Shown one piece after another: positions 38,926 to 49,949 of a DNA stretch of 64,000 nt. Source of the DNA: Synechococcus sp. (GTDB taxonomy: Bacteria > Cyanobacteriota > Cyanobacteriia > PCC-6307 > Cyanobiaceae); contig JBJBDL010000003.1 in assembly GCA_047285305.1 (NCBI GenBank), positions 1,952,001 to 2,016,000 on the forward strand. The letters run 5' to 3'. The translations under genes were made by a program, and so were the position numbers. Positions within the stretch are counted from its first letter, which is position 1, and every line of letters begins with the position of its first letter. The notes below the pieces were generated by a model. It worked only from the letters and a program-made list of their open reading frames with translations. It had not been told where the DNA came from and did no database searches.

Positions 38926-39789
38926 TCAGGAAAGTTTGCGGTTGAGCAGAGGGCGAATCGCAAGGAACAGCCCGATGGTGAGAAACAGAAGGATCAGCAA
39001 GCAACTGGTGCCGGTGACATCCCCATAGGGGGCCTCCAGCAGAACGGCCGAAAGGTCCAGAGGGCCCTGGTAAGCCGCTCGAATGGGTTCTATCGCGAAG
39101 GTAAGGGGATTCAAGGCCGCAAGCCAGCCCAGCCAGGTCGGCATGAATGACAACGGGGCCAAGGCCGTGCTGGCAAACAGCAAAGGCAAGTTGGCCACAA
39201 AAATCACAGCGATCAACTCGATGTGCCCCGGCAAAGCAAAGGCCAGTCCGAGGCTGAGGGCCGTCACAGCAAAAACCAGAAGCAGCAGCGTCACCAGCAC
39301 AAGGGCCAGGCCGCTGATGCCGGGCCATCCGTAACCGAGCACTGCTGCCGTGCCCATGATCGCCAGACTCTGCAACAGGCTCAGCGCCGTGATGTAGATC
39401 ACCGAGGCCAGCACGATGGAACTGCGGCTTCGCAGTGGTGCCACCAGCAGCCGATTAAGGAAACCGAATTCGCGATCAAACATCACCGGCAGGCCGGCAT
39501 TCAAAGCACCGCTGAAGGCTGTGAAGACAATCACTCCGGCACCAAGAAATCGGCCGTAGCTCATGCCCCCTGGCAACAGCCCCTCGGGGGCATTCGCGAA
39601 CAGTGCACCGAAGAGAATCAACCAGATAAGGGGTTGCAGAACCCCGGCGATCAAGGTCGATGGGCGACGCATCAACTGAAGAAACAAGCGCCGGGTGAGG
39701 GCCAACGTTTCCTGGCTGAGCTCGGCGAGGGCTCCGGATTGCTGCTGCTGGAGAGCAACAGATGCTGTTGGGGAAGTCATCGTTGGCAC
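38926..39789 (-). CDS. ABC-2 type transporter permease
   Basis: QPLIWLILFG, FDREFGFLNRLLVAP, LNPLTFA. Confidence 0.92.
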   Translation of the reverse strand: MPTMTSPTASVALQQQQSGALAELSQETLALTRRLFLQLMRRPSTLIAGVLQPLIWLILFGALFANAPEGLLPGGMSYGRFLGAGVIVFTAFSGALNAGLPVMFDREFGFLNRLLVAPLRSRSSIVLASVIYITALSLLQSLAIMGTAAVLGYGWPGISGLALVLVTLLLLVFAVTALSLGLAFALPGHIELIAVIFVANLPLLFASTALAPLSFMPTWLGWLAALNPLTFAIEPIRAAYQGPLDLSAVLLEAPYGDVTGTSCLLILLFLTIGLFLAIRPLLNRKLS

Positions 39790-40803
39790 TCAACGCATGG
39801 ATTGACGCTTTTCCTGTTTGACGTCGCGCTGGCCTGCGATGGCCAGTTCAGCATCCATCAGGGTGCGTCCTGTGGCCTGAAGGTAGACATCATCCAGGCT
39901 GGGACGACTCTGGGCCAGGGCAAACACAGGCAAACCTGCAGCCTCGAGGGTCTGACGCAGCTGATCGATCACGGCGCCTCCCTCAATCACCAGGTTTAGG
40001 GAAAAGCCCTGAGAGCGGTTCACCACCACCTGAAGCACCCCATCCAAGGGTTCGAGAAGGGCACGCACCTGGGTCGCCTCATCGCCATTGCTGAACTCTC
40101 GGATTCGCAGAGTCACGCGATCACCCCCAAGCCGTTGTTTGAGCTGATCAGGGCTGCCTTCGGCAATCACACGGCCGGCGTCGATGATCGCCAACTGATC
40201 CGCCAGAGCCTCCACTTCTTCGAGATAGTGACTGCTAAGCAGAACAGTGGTGCCCTCATTCACCAGCTGACGCAGCAGCTGCCAGATGGCACTGCGGCTC
40301 TCGATATCCAGTCCCACGGTGGGTTCATCGAGCACGAGCAACCGGGGGCGGTGCAGCAGACCGGCGGCTAGATCCAGACGCCGCCTCATACCACCGGAGT
40401 AGGTGCCGCAGCGGCGGTCAATCCAGTCGCCCATCGCGAGGCGGTCAATCAGATCGGCGATGCGGCTATCGCGATCGTTCCGCGGCAGGTGGTAGAGATC
40501 ACCTTGCAATTGCAGCAGTTCCCGGCCACTCAGGATCTTGTCGATGGCCACCTCCTGGGCCACATAGCCCATGAGCTGGCGCACTTCTCGTGGCTGCACC
40601 AGACCGTCAACACCCCCAACAACAACTGAGCCGCTGTCAGGGGCGAGCAGGGTGGCCAGAATGCGCATAGCCGTTGTTTTGCCGGCACCGTTCGGGCCAA
40701 GCAGCCCGTACAGGCATCCTTCAGGAACGGTGAGATCAAGCTCATGCAGAGCCGGTACCGAGCCGTAGGCCTTGGAGATCTTGCGCAGTTCAATCAACGC
40801 CAT
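39790..40803 (-). CDS. ABC transporter ATP-binding protein (DrrA-like)
   Basis: GPNGAGKTT, YSGGMRRR, LDEPTVGLD. Confidence 0.94.
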   Translation of the reverse strand: MALIELRKISKAYGSVPALHELDLTVPEGCLYGLLGPNGAGKTTAMRILATLLAPDSGSVVVGGVDGLVQPREVRQLMGYVAQEVAIDKILSGRELLQLQGDLYHLPRNDRDSRIADLIDRLAMGDWIDRRCGTYSGGMRRRLDLAAGLLHRPRLLVLDEPTVGLDIESRSAIWQLLRQLVNEGTTVLLSSHYLEEVEALADQLAIIDAGRVIAEGSPDQLKQRLGGDRVTLRIREFSNGDEATQVRALLEPLDGVLQVVVNRSQGFSLNLVIEGGAVIDQLRQTLEAAGLPVFALAQSRPSLDDVYLQATGRTLMDAELAIAGQRDVKQEKRQSMR

Positions 40804-40853
40804 CAGGCACCGTCAGGGACTTGCTCGGCCAATTCAGGGAATCTAGAGAGTGC

Positions 40854-41837
40854 TCATTGCACCGCCGTTGGCAGGGAGAGAAGTTGCATCACCTGGTGAG
40901 CAAAGCCTGAGGCAAGATCCGTCCGGCTGAGAATGAGAAGCAGGCACAGGCCAAACAGATAGAGGATCGACCAACGGAACAGGGCCTTGGCATTCACAAG
41001 ACTGTCGGGATCCAGGGACAGCCGATCGACGAGCTGCAGCAATCGACCGTTGTAGGGCAGCAGCATCACGCCATAGAAGGCGCCACCTGAAGGCAAAGCA
41101 AACACGCCCAAACCGCTGAGCAGAACGGTGATCCAGCCGTAGGTCTTGATCGCCCGCGCCGTCACCACAGGACCCTTCACCACGGGCAGCATCGGGATCC
41201 CGACAGCGCGATAGTCCTCGCGCAACAGCAGGGCCAAAGCCCAGAAATGGGCTGGTGTCCAGACCATCACCAAAGCGAACAGCCACCAGCCCCCGAGGCC
41301 AACATGGCCCGTGGCGGCCGCCGCCCCAACCAGGGGCGGAATGGCCCCGGCGACACCACCGATGACGATGTTCTGGGACGTCCGCGGCTTGAGCAAGGCT
41401 GTGTAGAGCAGCACGTAACTGCAGAGGCCGAGCAGGGACAACCCAGCAGCGAGACAGTTCACACCGCTTACCAGAAGCATCGCCGCCGCGAGGGTGCAGG
41501 CGATGGCGCCGATGAATGCACTGGTGGGCGACAGCCGACCGGAGGGGAGTGCGCGACGGCTGGTACGGGCCATCCGGCCATCGAGATCCTGCTCCCACAA
41601 GCAGTTCAGAACCCCTGCAGCAGCGGAGGCAAGCGCCCCTCCCCCCAGGGTGCAGACAAGCCGAGGCGATGAGAGCGGCCAGCCTTCACTGAGAGCCATT
41701 CCACCCAGGGTGGTGGCCAGCAGCAAAGGGATCAGGCGGGGCTTGGCGACTTCCAGCCAGGCCGGAAGTTTCACCCGCTTGCGGGAGGGAACGACCTCCT
41801 CACGGGTCGGACGAACGGTTGCAGTAATTTCAGCCAT
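40854..41837 (-). CDS. ctaB: Protoheme IX farnesyltransferase (heme o synthase)
   Basis: [39 protein letters not shown]. Confidence 0.96.
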   Translation of the reverse strand: MAEITATVRPTREEVVPSRKRVKLPAWLEVAKPRLIPLLLATTLGGMALSEGWPLSSPRLVCTLGGGALASAAAGVLNCLWEQDLDGRMARTSRRALPSGRLSPTSAFIGAIACTLAAAMLLVSGVNCLAAGLSLLGLCSYVLLYTALLKPRTSQNIVIGGVAGAIPPLVGAAAATGHVGLGGWWLFALVMVWTPAHFWALALLLREDYRAVGIPMLPVVKGPVVTARAIKTYGWITVLLSGLGVFALPSGGAFYGVMLLPYNGRLLQLVDRLSLDPDSLVNAKALFRWSILYLFGLCLLLILSRTDLASGFAHQVMQLLSLPTAVQ

Positions 41838-42756
41838 GACAGGCCTCCAACGAGGTGTCGTCGAGGACGAAGGAACGTGACGGTGAGGGGAGGTTCGGAG
41901 AGCGAACCAGAAGCGCCGCCAGCAGAGCGATCAGCAGTGCAGCCACGAGTTGATGCGCAACCGTCACTGCCGGTTGCGACAAACCAAGACGAAGTGTGAG
42001 AACGCCTAGGGCCACCTGAACCAGCACCAAAAGCACGGCCCCACCAAGCCAGGGCCACTGCTGACGAGCCCAACCACCCGCCATCACGGCTGCCCCGGCG
42101 AAGCCGAGCACAACAACGACCACCGGCATCGCTGTCAGGCGATGGGAAACCACCAGCTGGCAGGCCTCTCCTCCAGCAAGGCATCGCTGCCCTGCCCATG
42201 CGGTGGCCATGCGACCACCGAGCAGGCACTGCACAAAGACCGACAACAAGCCAAGCGATGCCCCGATGCGCCACCAGAGCGGAGCGACGGCAGCAGCGGG
42301 GTGAAGCAGGCGTTGGGTCAGCCCACTCAGGAGCGCCACGAGGGTGAGCGCGAGAGCCAGGTGGGCTGTCACCACAGCGGAGGGAAGCAACTGGGTCACC
42401 GTCAGCGCACCCAAACCTCCCTGCATCGCCACCAAAACCATCAGACCGATGGCCAGCCAGGGCAGCCATCGCGGCAGTTGGCGCCGCTGAAGCGTCGTCG
42501 CCACAGCCATCACCACCAGGGCAATGCCGATGACGAAGGCATCAAGGCGGTGAAACCACTCAAGGAATACCTGAACATTCATCTGGCGACCAGGCAAAAA
42601 CGAGCCGAAGCACAGGGGCCAGTCCGGGCAGGCCAAGCCGGCTTCCATCACCCGGGTTGCTCCACCGATCACCACCAAAGCGATTACGGCAACCACAAGA
42701 TGAGCCGACAACAACCCAAGACGTCGACGCAATGTCGACATTGAGGAAAGCATCAT
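41830..42756 (-). CDS. ctaA: Heme a synthase (Cox15/CtaA)
   Basis: [17 protein letters not shown]. Confidence 0.95.
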   Translation of the reverse strand: MMLSSMSTLRRRLGLLSAHLVVAVIALVVIGGATRVMEAGLACPDWPLCFGSFLPGRQMNVQVFLEWFHRLDAFVIGIALVVMAVATTLQRRQLPRWLPWLAIGLMVLVAMQGGLGALTVTQLLPSAVVTAHLALALTLVALLSGLTQRLLHPAAAVAPLWWRIGASLGLLSVFVQCLLGGRMATAWAGQRCLAGGEACQLVVSHRLTAMPVVVVVLGFAGAAVMAGGWARQQWPWLGGAVLLVLVQVALGVLTLRLGLSQPAVTVAHQLVAALLIALLAALLVRSPNLPSPSRSFVLDDTSLEACHG

Positions 42757-42956
42757 CGAACAAGCTCCATCCGATGTACCCAAAAGGGATTGCTTGGACC
42801 GTAGCGATGCAGAAGATGACGTCACGCTGTGTGGACGTCTGCAACACAAATGAGGAAAAATCATCCCCTTTTCCTGACAGAAATAAGGCCTTAACAATCA
42901 CTTCATGGAGAACCGCATCCAGGCCCATACGCTGTTTAAAACCTGGGATTGATCAG

Positions 42957-43787
42957 GTGCAGATCCCATCCGCCATTCTCACGTTGGTGATCGGGATGGT
43001 CCTTGCTCTGGGCGGCCTATGGATCGGCCAGAACATCAACCTTCTCCCCATCGATGCGAGCGCCAACGCGCCCATTTACGACGAGCTTTTTAAGGTTCTA
43101 TTCACGATTGGCAGCATTCTGTTTATCGGAATCGTTGGCCTTCTCGTGTTCAGCCTGATTCGCTTTCGGCGACGCAGCGGCCAGCTCGGCGACGGCCTTG
43201 CTATCGAAGGAAACCTGCCACTTGAAATTTTCTGGACAGCTGTTCCTGCTGTTGTGGTGCTGTTTGTTGGTCTCTACAGCTACGACATTTACGACCGGAT
43301 GGGTGGCATGGTGCCTCTGGCCCATGACCACATGGGCGGAGCCCACGACGAACAGATCTGGGGAGGCATCAGTTCAGGCTCGATCGAATCAGCAGCCGCA
43401 ACAAATGCTTTACCCGTTGAAGTGACAGCAATGCAATTTGCCTTCCTCTTTCATTACCCAGAGGGAGACATCACGTCAGGTGAACTTCATGTGCCAGCCG
43501 ATCGACCGATCACGCTGCGGATGGAAGCCAAAGATGTGATTCATGCCTTCTGGGTGCCTGAATTTCGCTTGAAGCAGGACGTCATTCCCGGCCAACCAAC
43601 CCAGCTGAGCTTCACACCCACACTCACCGGCCGTTATCCAATCGTGTGCGCCGAACTCTGTGGGCCCTACCACGGTGGAATGCGCTCCACCGTTGTAGTG
43701 GAAAGCCCGGAGGACTGGGACAGCTGGTACAGGGACAACGCCAAAGCCGCACCCGAAGACGAAACGCTCACCATCGCGAACGCCTGA
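42957..43787 (+). CDS. ctaC: Cytochrome c oxidase subunit II
   Basis: DVIHAFW and CAELCGPYHGGM CuA ligands. Confidence 0.97.
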   Translation: MQIPSAILTLVIGMVLALGGLWIGQNINLLPIDASANAPIYDELFKVLFTIGSILFIGIVGLLVFSLIRFRRRSGQLGDGLAIEGNLPLEIFWTAVPAVVVLFVGLYSYDIYDRMGGMVPLAHDHMGGAHDEQIWGGISSGSIESAAATNALPVEVTAMQFAFLFHYPEGDITSGELHVPADRPITLRMEAKDVIHAFWVPEFRLKQDVIPGQPTQLSFTPTLTGRYPIVCAELCGPYHGGMRSTVVVESPEDWDSWYRDNAKAAPEDETLTIANA

Positions 43788-43788
43788 G

Positions 43789-45456
43789 ATGACCATCAGT
43801 TTGCCCCCGGAAACGTCCAGCCCTCCACGGCTTCAACCCAGCGGCTGGTTGCGGTATTTCAGCTTCAGCGTTGATCACAAGGTGATCGGGCTGCAGTACC
43901 TCGTCTGCGGCTTTGTTTTTTATCTGATTGGCGGCGCCCTAGCCGGTGCCATTCGCACGGAACTCACCAGTCCCGTGTCCGACTTCATGGCACGTGATGT
44001 CTACAACCAGGTGCTGACGCTCCACGGCACGGTGATGATCTTTCTCTGGATTGTCCCCGTGGTGAATGGTGCTTTTGGGAACTATTTGATCCCCTTTTAT
44101 GTGGGTGCAAGGGACATGGCCTTCCCGCGCCTGAATGCCGTGGCGTTCTGGCTGATCCCTCCAGCCGGTTTGATGCTGATCACCAGCTATTTCCTCACGG
44201 GGGCTGCGCAATCGGGCTGGACGGCCTATCCACCTCTGAGCATCACCACACCAGCAACGGGCCAAATCATCTGGATCTTGAGCGTGCTGCTCCTGGGCGG
44301 AAGTTCGATCTTCGGAGGTATCAACTTCATCGCCACGATTCTCAAACTGCGTCGCCCCGGCTTGAAACTAATGCAGCTCCCCATGTATTGCTGGGCGATG
44401 CTGGGCACCAGCATTCTTGTGGTTCTCTCAACACCGGTTCTGGCGGGAACGTTGGTGTTGCTGAGTTTCGACATCGTTGCCCATACAGGCTTCTTCAACC
44501 CCACCCTTGGGGGAAACGTGGTGGTTTACCAGCATCTGTTCTGGTTCTATTCGCACCCAGCCGTTTACATCATGGTTTTGCCGGCCTTCGGCCTGGTGAG
44601 CGAAATCCTGCCGGTTCATGCCCGCAAGCCGCTGTTCGGCTACGTGACGATGGTGTATTCGATCATGGCCATCGTTGTGTTGGGCCTGATTGTGTGGGCG
44701 CACCACATGTTCACCAGCGGCACACCTCCCTGGATGCGCCTGTTCTTCACCATTGCAACCGCATTCATCGCCGTTCCCACCGGCATCAAATTCTTCAACT
44801 GGTTGGCAACACTCTGGGGCGGCCGCATCAGCCTCAACAGCGCCATGCTGTTTTCCTGCGGTTTCATCGTGAACTTCGTGCTCGGAGGCATCACAGGGGT
44901 CGCCCTGGCGCAGGTGCCGTTCGACATTCATGTGCACGACACCTACTTCGTCGTCGCGCACTTCCACTACATCGTCTTCGGTGGATCGGTGTTCGTGATC
45001 TTCGCCTCGGTCTACCACTGGTATCCCAAGTTCACCGGCCGGATGCTCAATGAAGATCTCGGCCGCCTGCACTGTGCCCTCACGTTCATCGGCTTCAACC
45101 TGTGCTTCGGCCCCCAGCACTGGCTGGGCCTCAATGGGATGCCGCGACGCGTTGCTGAATACGACCCCCAATTCACCCTGATCAATCAGATCAGCTCCGT
45201 CGGAGCCCTGCTGATGGCCATCAGCACCCTGCCTTTCCTCTGGAATGTGATCCAAAGCGCCCTCAGCGGTCCTGTCGCAGGCGACAACCCCTGGAAAGCA
45301 CTCACGCCCGAATGGCTGACCAGTTCTCCGCCACCGGTCGAAAACTGGATTGGTGAGGCCCCTCTGGTGGAAGAGCCCTACGGCTACGGCGTCCCGCCGG
45401 ACGAGCTGGACCTGACCGCAACCAGTGGTCGTGATCTCTGGAGCAGCGGCAAATGA
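43789..45456 (+). CDS. ctaD: Cytochrome c oxidase subunit I
   Basis: DHKVIG, WFYSHPAVY, WAHHMF, HDTYFVVAHFH. Confidence 0.98.
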   Translation: MTISLPPETSSPPRLQPSGWLRYFSFSVDHKVIGLQYLVCGFVFYLIGGALAGAIRTELTSPVSDFMARDVYNQVLTLHGTVMIFLWIVPVVNGAFGNYLIPFYVGARDMAFPRLNAVAFWLIPPAGLMLITSYFLTGAAQSGWTAYPPLSITTPATGQIIWILSVLLLGGSSIFGGINFIATILKLRRPGLKLMQLPMYCWAMLGTSILVVLSTPVLAGTLVLLSFDIVAHTGFFNPTLGGNVVVYQHLFWFYSHPAVYIMVLPAFGLVSEILPVHARKPLFGYVTMVYSIMAIVVLGLIVWAHHMFTSGTPPWMRLFFTIATAFIAVPTGIKFFNWLATLWGGRISLNSAMLFSCGFIVNFVLGGITGVALAQVPFDIHVHDTYFVVAHFHYIVFGGSVFVIFASVYHWYPKFTGRMLNEDLGRLHCALTFIGFNLCFGPQHWLGLNGMPRRVAEYDPQFTLINQISSVGALLMAISTLPFLWNVIQSALSGPVAGDNPWKALTPEWLTSSPPPVENWIGEAPLVEEPYGYGVPPDELDLTATSGRDLWSSGK

Positions 45457-46052
45457 CCACCACAGTTCCCACGAAGGATCAGAACCACAGCCACGGGGAG
45501 CATTCCGAGCATCCCGATCACCGCATGTTCGGCCTGGCCACATTTCTTGTGGCGGACGCCATGACCTTCGCCGGCTTCTTTGCGGCCTACCTCACCTTCA
45601 AAGCGGTCAATCCCCTACCGGATGGAGCCATCTATGAACTGGAGCTGCCCCTGCCCATCCTCAACACGGTTCTGCTCCTGGTGAGCAGTGCCACCTTCCA
45701 CCGGGCCGGCCAGGCGATCCGACAGGACGACCACGGTCGCTGTCGACGCTGGCTGCTGATCACCGCAGGCCTCGGCCTGGCCTTTCTGGTGAGCCAGATG
45801 GTGGAGTACTTCACACTCCCCTTCGGTCTCACCGACAACCTTTACGCCAGCACCTTCTTCGCCGCCACGGGATTTCATGGTCTCCACGTGACCCTCGGCG
45901 CCCTGATGATCCTGATCGTCTGGTGGCAGGCGAGGCAGCCGCAGGGCCGTGTGACTGCAGCCGACCACTTCCCCCTGGAAGCAGCGGAGTTGTACTGGCA
46001 CTTTGTTGATGGGATCTGGGTGATTCTTTTCGTGATCCTTTATCTGCTCTGA
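45453..46052 (+). CDS. ctaE: Cytochrome c oxidase subunit III
   Basis: TGFHGLHV, YWHFVD.IW. Confidence 0.97.
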   Translation: MTTTVPTKDQNHSHGEHSEHPDHRMFGLATFLVADAMTFAGFFAAYLTFKAVNPLPDGAIYELELPLPILNTVLLLVSSATFHRAGQAIRQDDHGRCRRWLLITAGLGLAFLVSQMVEYFTLPFGLTDNLYASTFFAATGFHGLHVTLGALMILIVWWQARQPQGRVTAADHFPLEAAELYWHFVDGIWVILFVILYLL

Positions 46053-46106
46053 TCCCTTGCCTTGATTGGCGAGCGTGGCCAGAATTCAGTTGAATTAAAT
46101 CTTGAA

Positions 46107-46478
46107 ATGCTGGTCGGCAAGGAACTGCTGGACAAGGCCAGATCGCTCAGCAATCGGCCGGAAGATGACATCGCCCGCGGCTGCGGCTATGTCGGCCCCA
46201 GCGGACGACTGCTGAAAAAGAGTTTTTATAGGGCTCTGGTGGAGGCCAAAGCGGCGGCCCAGGGATGGCAATTGCCGAAAAGCAGCAGCAGTTCCTCAGG
46301 CGGAAGCAGAGGTCGCCAGGCCGAATTCCGAACCCGTGTGCATGGCAACGGCAACCTGCTGATCGGCCACGCTTACACCCGTCGGCTCGGCCTGGAACCC
46401 GGCCAGGAGTTCAAGATCGAGCTGCAGCGGGACTCCGGAATGATCGTTCTGCAGCAGATGGATCAAGACCAGCCGTGA
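46107..46478 (+). CDS. Cyanobacterial AbrB-like transcriptional regulator
   Basis: L.GKELL.K, A.GCGY, FY.AL.EA, GR.A.FRTRVHGNGNLLIG.AYT. Confidence 0.9.
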   Translation: MLVGKELLDKARSLSNRPEDDIARGCGYVGPSGRLLKKSFYRALVEAKAAAQGWQLPKSSSSSSGGSRGRQAEFRTRVHGNGNLLIGHAYTRRLGLEPGQEFKIELQRDSGMIVLQQMDQDQP

Positions 46479-47131
46479 GCCGCCAGCCAGCTGGCTGACA
46501 GATTCTCGGTCTTGTTGTGGCCATCGGTGTTTCCATCATCGGCATCGGCGGCATGCAGCAGCCGCTCGGCGTAACGGGCCAGTTGATCGGCCTCCAGGTT
46601 CACGGTGTCCCCGACAGCCAGGTGTTTCAGGGTCGTCGCCTCCCAGGTGTGGGGGATGACGGCGAGGCTGAATGTCGTTCCATCGGCTGAACAGTCAGCC
46701 ACCGTGAGGCTGATCCCATCCACCGCGATGCTGGCCTTCTCACAGACATAACGGCCGAATCGGGGATCCGACCAGCGGATCGACAGGGCCCAGGAGTGGG
46801 GAAGGGTCTCCACGCAGGTGACTTCTCCGGTCGCATCCACATGACCGCTCACCAGATGACCTCCAAGGCGGTCGCTCAGTCGAAGCGCTGGCTCGAGGTT
46901 CACCGCACCACCACGGTCCGCTTTGCGTCCCAACGTGGTGCGGCGCAGGGTTTCCTCACTCACATCGGCGCGGAAACCATCCGCGATCAGCTCTGCTGCC
47001 GTGAGGCAAACGCCATCCACAGCAACGCTGTCGCCAAGGGCCAACGGGGCAAAAGGAGCGCAGCCCCAAACCACCACCGCCCCGGCACGGCGCTCGATCC
47101 TTCCAACTGACTGCACCAGCCCCGTGAACAT
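46463..47131 (-). CDS. ribE: Riboflavin synthase alpha chain
   Basis: MFTGLVQ, GDSVAVDGVCLT, GGHLVSGHVD. Confidence 0.96.
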   Translation of the reverse strand: MFTGLVQSVGRIERRAGAVVVWGCAPFAPLALGDSVAVDGVCLTAAELIADGFRADVSEETLRRTTLGRKADRGGAVNLEPALRLSDRLGGHLVSGHVDATGEVTCVETLPHSWALSIRWSDPRFGRYVCEKASIAVDGISLTVADCSADGTTFSLAVIPHTWEATTLKHLAVGDTVNLEADQLARYAERLLHAADADDGNTDGHNKTENLSASWLAAHGWS

Positions 47132-47180
47132 CGCCCGCAGCGGCTCTCTGGCCATAATCGGATAGAGCCGCGCCGCCGAC

Positions 47181-47729
47181 ATGGTCGAAATGAGCGTCGC
47201 CGGAATTGCCCTCGATGCCGCCAGCCGCACACCCATGGTGCTGCTGAGGGATCCCAGTGGCCGCCGTCAGGTGCCGATCTGGATCGATCAGGCGCAAGCC
47301 CACAACATCATGGCCGGACTGCAGGGGGGAGAACCACCACGCCCCCTCAGCCATGACCTGATGGCAGCACTGTTGGTGGCTGGGGGGCTCGAACTGGAAC
47401 GCGTGATCGTCCACGCGATTGAGGACAGCACCTTTCATGCGGTGTTGAAGCTGCGACCCGATCTGGACGAAGCCGAGTTGGCTGAAAACGAAGTGCTGGA
47501 ACTGATTGAAGTGGATGCCCGACCCAGCGACGCCATTGCGCTGGCGATCCGCACGGGCAGCAGCATCTGGATGCTGGAAGAGGTGGTGGTGGAAGCCTCG
47601 ATATCGGTGGATGCGGAGGCGGATGCGGAAGATCAAAGTGCCTTCAGCCGTTTCGTCGACGACCTCAGCCCTGCGGCCTTGGTGCGCCATCTGCGCAACC
47701 AAGACAGCGAGACGCCCTCGGAGGAGTGA
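47181..47729 (+). CDS. Bifunctional nuclease family (DUF151)
   Basis: VPIWID..QA..I, RPLSHDL, DARPSDAIALA. Confidence 0.92.
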   Translation: MVEMSVAGIALDAASRTPMVLLRDPSGRRQVPIWIDQAQAHNIMAGLQGGEPPRPLSHDLMAALLVAGGLELERVIVHAIEDSTFHAVLKLRPDLDEAELAENEVLELIEVDARPSDAIALAIRTGSSIWMLEEVVVEASISVDAEADAEDQSAFSRFVDDLSPAALVRHLRNQDSETPSEE

Positions 47730-48847
47730 ACACCCGCGCCTTCGGCAGCGGCCGCCCCGTCAGCCTGTTCACCCTCGGCACGATGCGTGCCCTGAACTCT
47801 GCGGCCCAGATGGCCGAGGTACTTGACGCGGCAGCGGCAGCTGGGATCAATCATCTGGAAACCGCCCCGGCCTACGGACCTGCGGAACGTTTTCTGGGAG
47901 AGGCCCTTCGCCAGAACACCCGCACAGGGTCTGATCACTGGGTGATCACCAGCAAACTGCTGCCAGGGCTGAGCTTCGAGGAAGGACAACGCCGCCTTGA
48001 TCAGATTCTGGAGCGGCTGGGCTGTCCACAGCTCGACAACCTCGCGGTCCATGGCCTCAACCGGGAGGAGCATCTGAACTGGGCCCTGGTGGGCGATGGA
48101 GCCAAGCTTCTGGACTGGGCCATCAGCAGTGGCCGCGTCAGCCAGGTGGGCTTCAGCAGCCATGGCAGCAACCCGCTGATCGATCGGGCGCTGCGCAGCC
48201 AGCGCTTCAGGTTCTGCAGCCTGCACCTGCATTGGCTGGATCCCCAGCGCCTGCCCCTGGCCCGTTGGGCCCTGGCGCACGGCCTCGGAGTGATGGCGAT
48301 CTCCCCTGCCGACAAAGGTGGTCGCCTCCAGGCCCCCAGCCCAACACTGATGGAGGACTGCACCCCCTTTGCCCCCCTCGAGCTGGCCTACCGGTTCCTG
48401 CTGGCACAGGGCATCAGCACCCTGACCGTTGGCGCCGCAGCTGCAGGGGATCTTCAACTCGCCGCAACCCTGGCGCAGGGGGATGGGCCCCTCAGCCAGG
48501 CCGAGCAACAGGCTCTGGTCACGGCAGAGCGGCGGCAGCAGGAACGGCTTGGCCAGGAGCATTGCAAGCAGTGCCAGGCCTGCCTTCCCTGTCCGAACGA
48601 GGTTCCGATCCCCGAACTCTTGCGGCTGCGCAATCTGGCCATTGGCCATGGGCTCACCGAATTTGCGCAGGAGCGCTACAACCTCATCGGCCGTGCTGGT
48701 CACTGGTGGGAAGAGCACGACGCCTCCGCCTGTGAACGCTGTGGGGAGTGCCTTCCCCGTTGCCCGCATCACTTGCCCATTCCTGATCTGCTGGCGGACA
48801 CCCACCAACGCTTGAAGGCTTCACCGCGACGGCGGCTCTGGAGCTGA
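47726..48847 (+). CDS. Aldo/keto reductase with C-terminal 4Fe-4S dicluster
   Basis: LGTMR, HLETAPAYG, CKQCQACLPCP and CERCGECLPRCP. Confidence 0.92.
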   Translation: MNTRAFGSGRPVSLFTLGTMRALNSAAQMAEVLDAAAAAGINHLETAPAYGPAERFLGEALRQNTRTGSDHWVITSKLLPGLSFEEGQRRLDQILERLGCPQLDNLAVHGLNREEHLNWALVGDGAKLLDWAISSGRVSQVGFSSHGSNPLIDRALRSQRFRFCSLHLHWLDPQRLPLARWALAHGLGVMAISPADKGGRLQAPSPTLMEDCTPFAPLELAYRFLLAQGISTLTVGAAAAGDLQLAATLAQGDGPLSQAEQQALVTAERRQQERLGQEHCKQCQACLPCPNEVPIPELLRLRNLAIGHGLTEFAQERYNLIGRAGHWWEEHDASACERCGECLPRCPHHLPIPDLLADTHQRLKASPRRRLWS

Positions 48848-48970
48848 ATCACGCCGTGGGGAGTGCCTTCCCCGTTGCCCGCATCACTTGCCCATTCCTG
48901 ATCTGCTGGCGGACACCCACCAACGCTTGAAGGCTTCACCGCGACGGCGGCTCTGGAGCTGAATCACGCC
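48741..48970. repeat. Perfect 115-bp tandem duplication (48741-48855, 48856-48970)
   Basis: Identical copies GTGGGGAGTGCC...GAATCACGCC. Confidence 0.95.
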
Positions 48971-49949
48971 AGCGCTCTTCCAGGGCGCTCCGGTCTTCGG
49001 GCAACAGCGGTGGCAGCGACCAGCAGCGCGACCAGGTGTCTGCGGACGGAAAGAGCAGAGGCCGCAGACGCGCCGATAGGGCGTTCTGGTCCACCATCAG
49101 CCCTAGCGATGCAATCGGAGCCCGCCATCCCTGCTGCACCAAGCGGCGACGCAGGGGATCCCGCCATCCCTGCTCGACCCAGCGCTGGGGAACCGGTTCA
49201 CGACTGGCCTCCGGCCTAAGCAGAACAGTCCAGTGCAAGGGGGCGCCGGAGGCAGGCAGGATCGCCCGAAGACGGGGATCACGCCCCAACAGAGCGATGC
49301 AGCGGCTCAGGGGAAGAACCACCACCTTGGCCTCACCCTTAAGCAACCAGTTGGTGGCTTGACGGTCGTCATAGGTGAGGGCCTGGCGACGCAGCGCAGG
49401 CAAAGCCTGGCCTCCTCCCAAATGGTCCGCCAGGCTCATGACCAAGCGGGGGCTGGCGGGAAGCACCACACGCCCTGCCATGGCGGAATCCAGCAACAGG
49501 GGCCACCCCTCCTGGGTCATGGCCGCGTAATCCCGCAGCAGCATCACCCAGGGACTGACGGCCAGCGGCAACACCCGATCCTGAAGAGCACCGAGGCTGG
49601 CCAGCAGAGCCTTGGCCTGACCATCCAACTGGCTCAGGAGCGGTTCAGAGGCAATGGGCTGGAGCGTGTCCGCTGGATGGGCATCAAGCCATCCATCACC
49701 GATCACCAACACATCGGCACGCGCCTGATCCGCCGGCCTCCAGTCCTGCTGGGCTGGAGCCAACGTCAGGCTCCAGGGCTTGGGCAAGGCATCAGCCCAC
49801 GCTTTCGGCAAAACCCCAGCCGGAGCCATCAGGGTTGGCACGGATGTCGCCGGACGACAGCCCGCCAGCAGCACGGTTCCCGTCGCCCCGATCATCTGGA
49901 GCACTTGGCGCCGGCGCAGGGGACCCAACCGCTCTCTCCAGACGTTCAT
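48936..49949 (-). CDS. Extracellular solute-binding protein (PotD-like), possible Tat lipoprotein
   Basis: RRRQVL...LLAGC signal/lipobox; periplasmic-binding-like body. Confidence 0.7.
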   Translation of the reverse strand: MNVWRERLGPLRRRQVLQMIGATGTVLLAGCRPATSVPTLMAPAGVLPKAWADALPKPWSLTLAPAQQDWRPADQARADVLVIGDGWLDAHPADTLQPIASEPLLSQLDGQAKALLASLGALQDRVLPLAVSPWVMLLRDYAAMTQEGWPLLLDSAMAGRVVLPASPRLVMSLADHLGGGQALPALRRQALTYDDRQATNWLLKGEAKVVVLPLSRCIALLGRDPRLRAILPASGAPLHWTVLLRPEASREPVPQRWVEQGWRDPLRRRLVQQGWRAPIASLGLMVDQNALSARLRPLLFPSADTWSRCWSLPPLLPEDRSALEERWRDSAPEPPSR

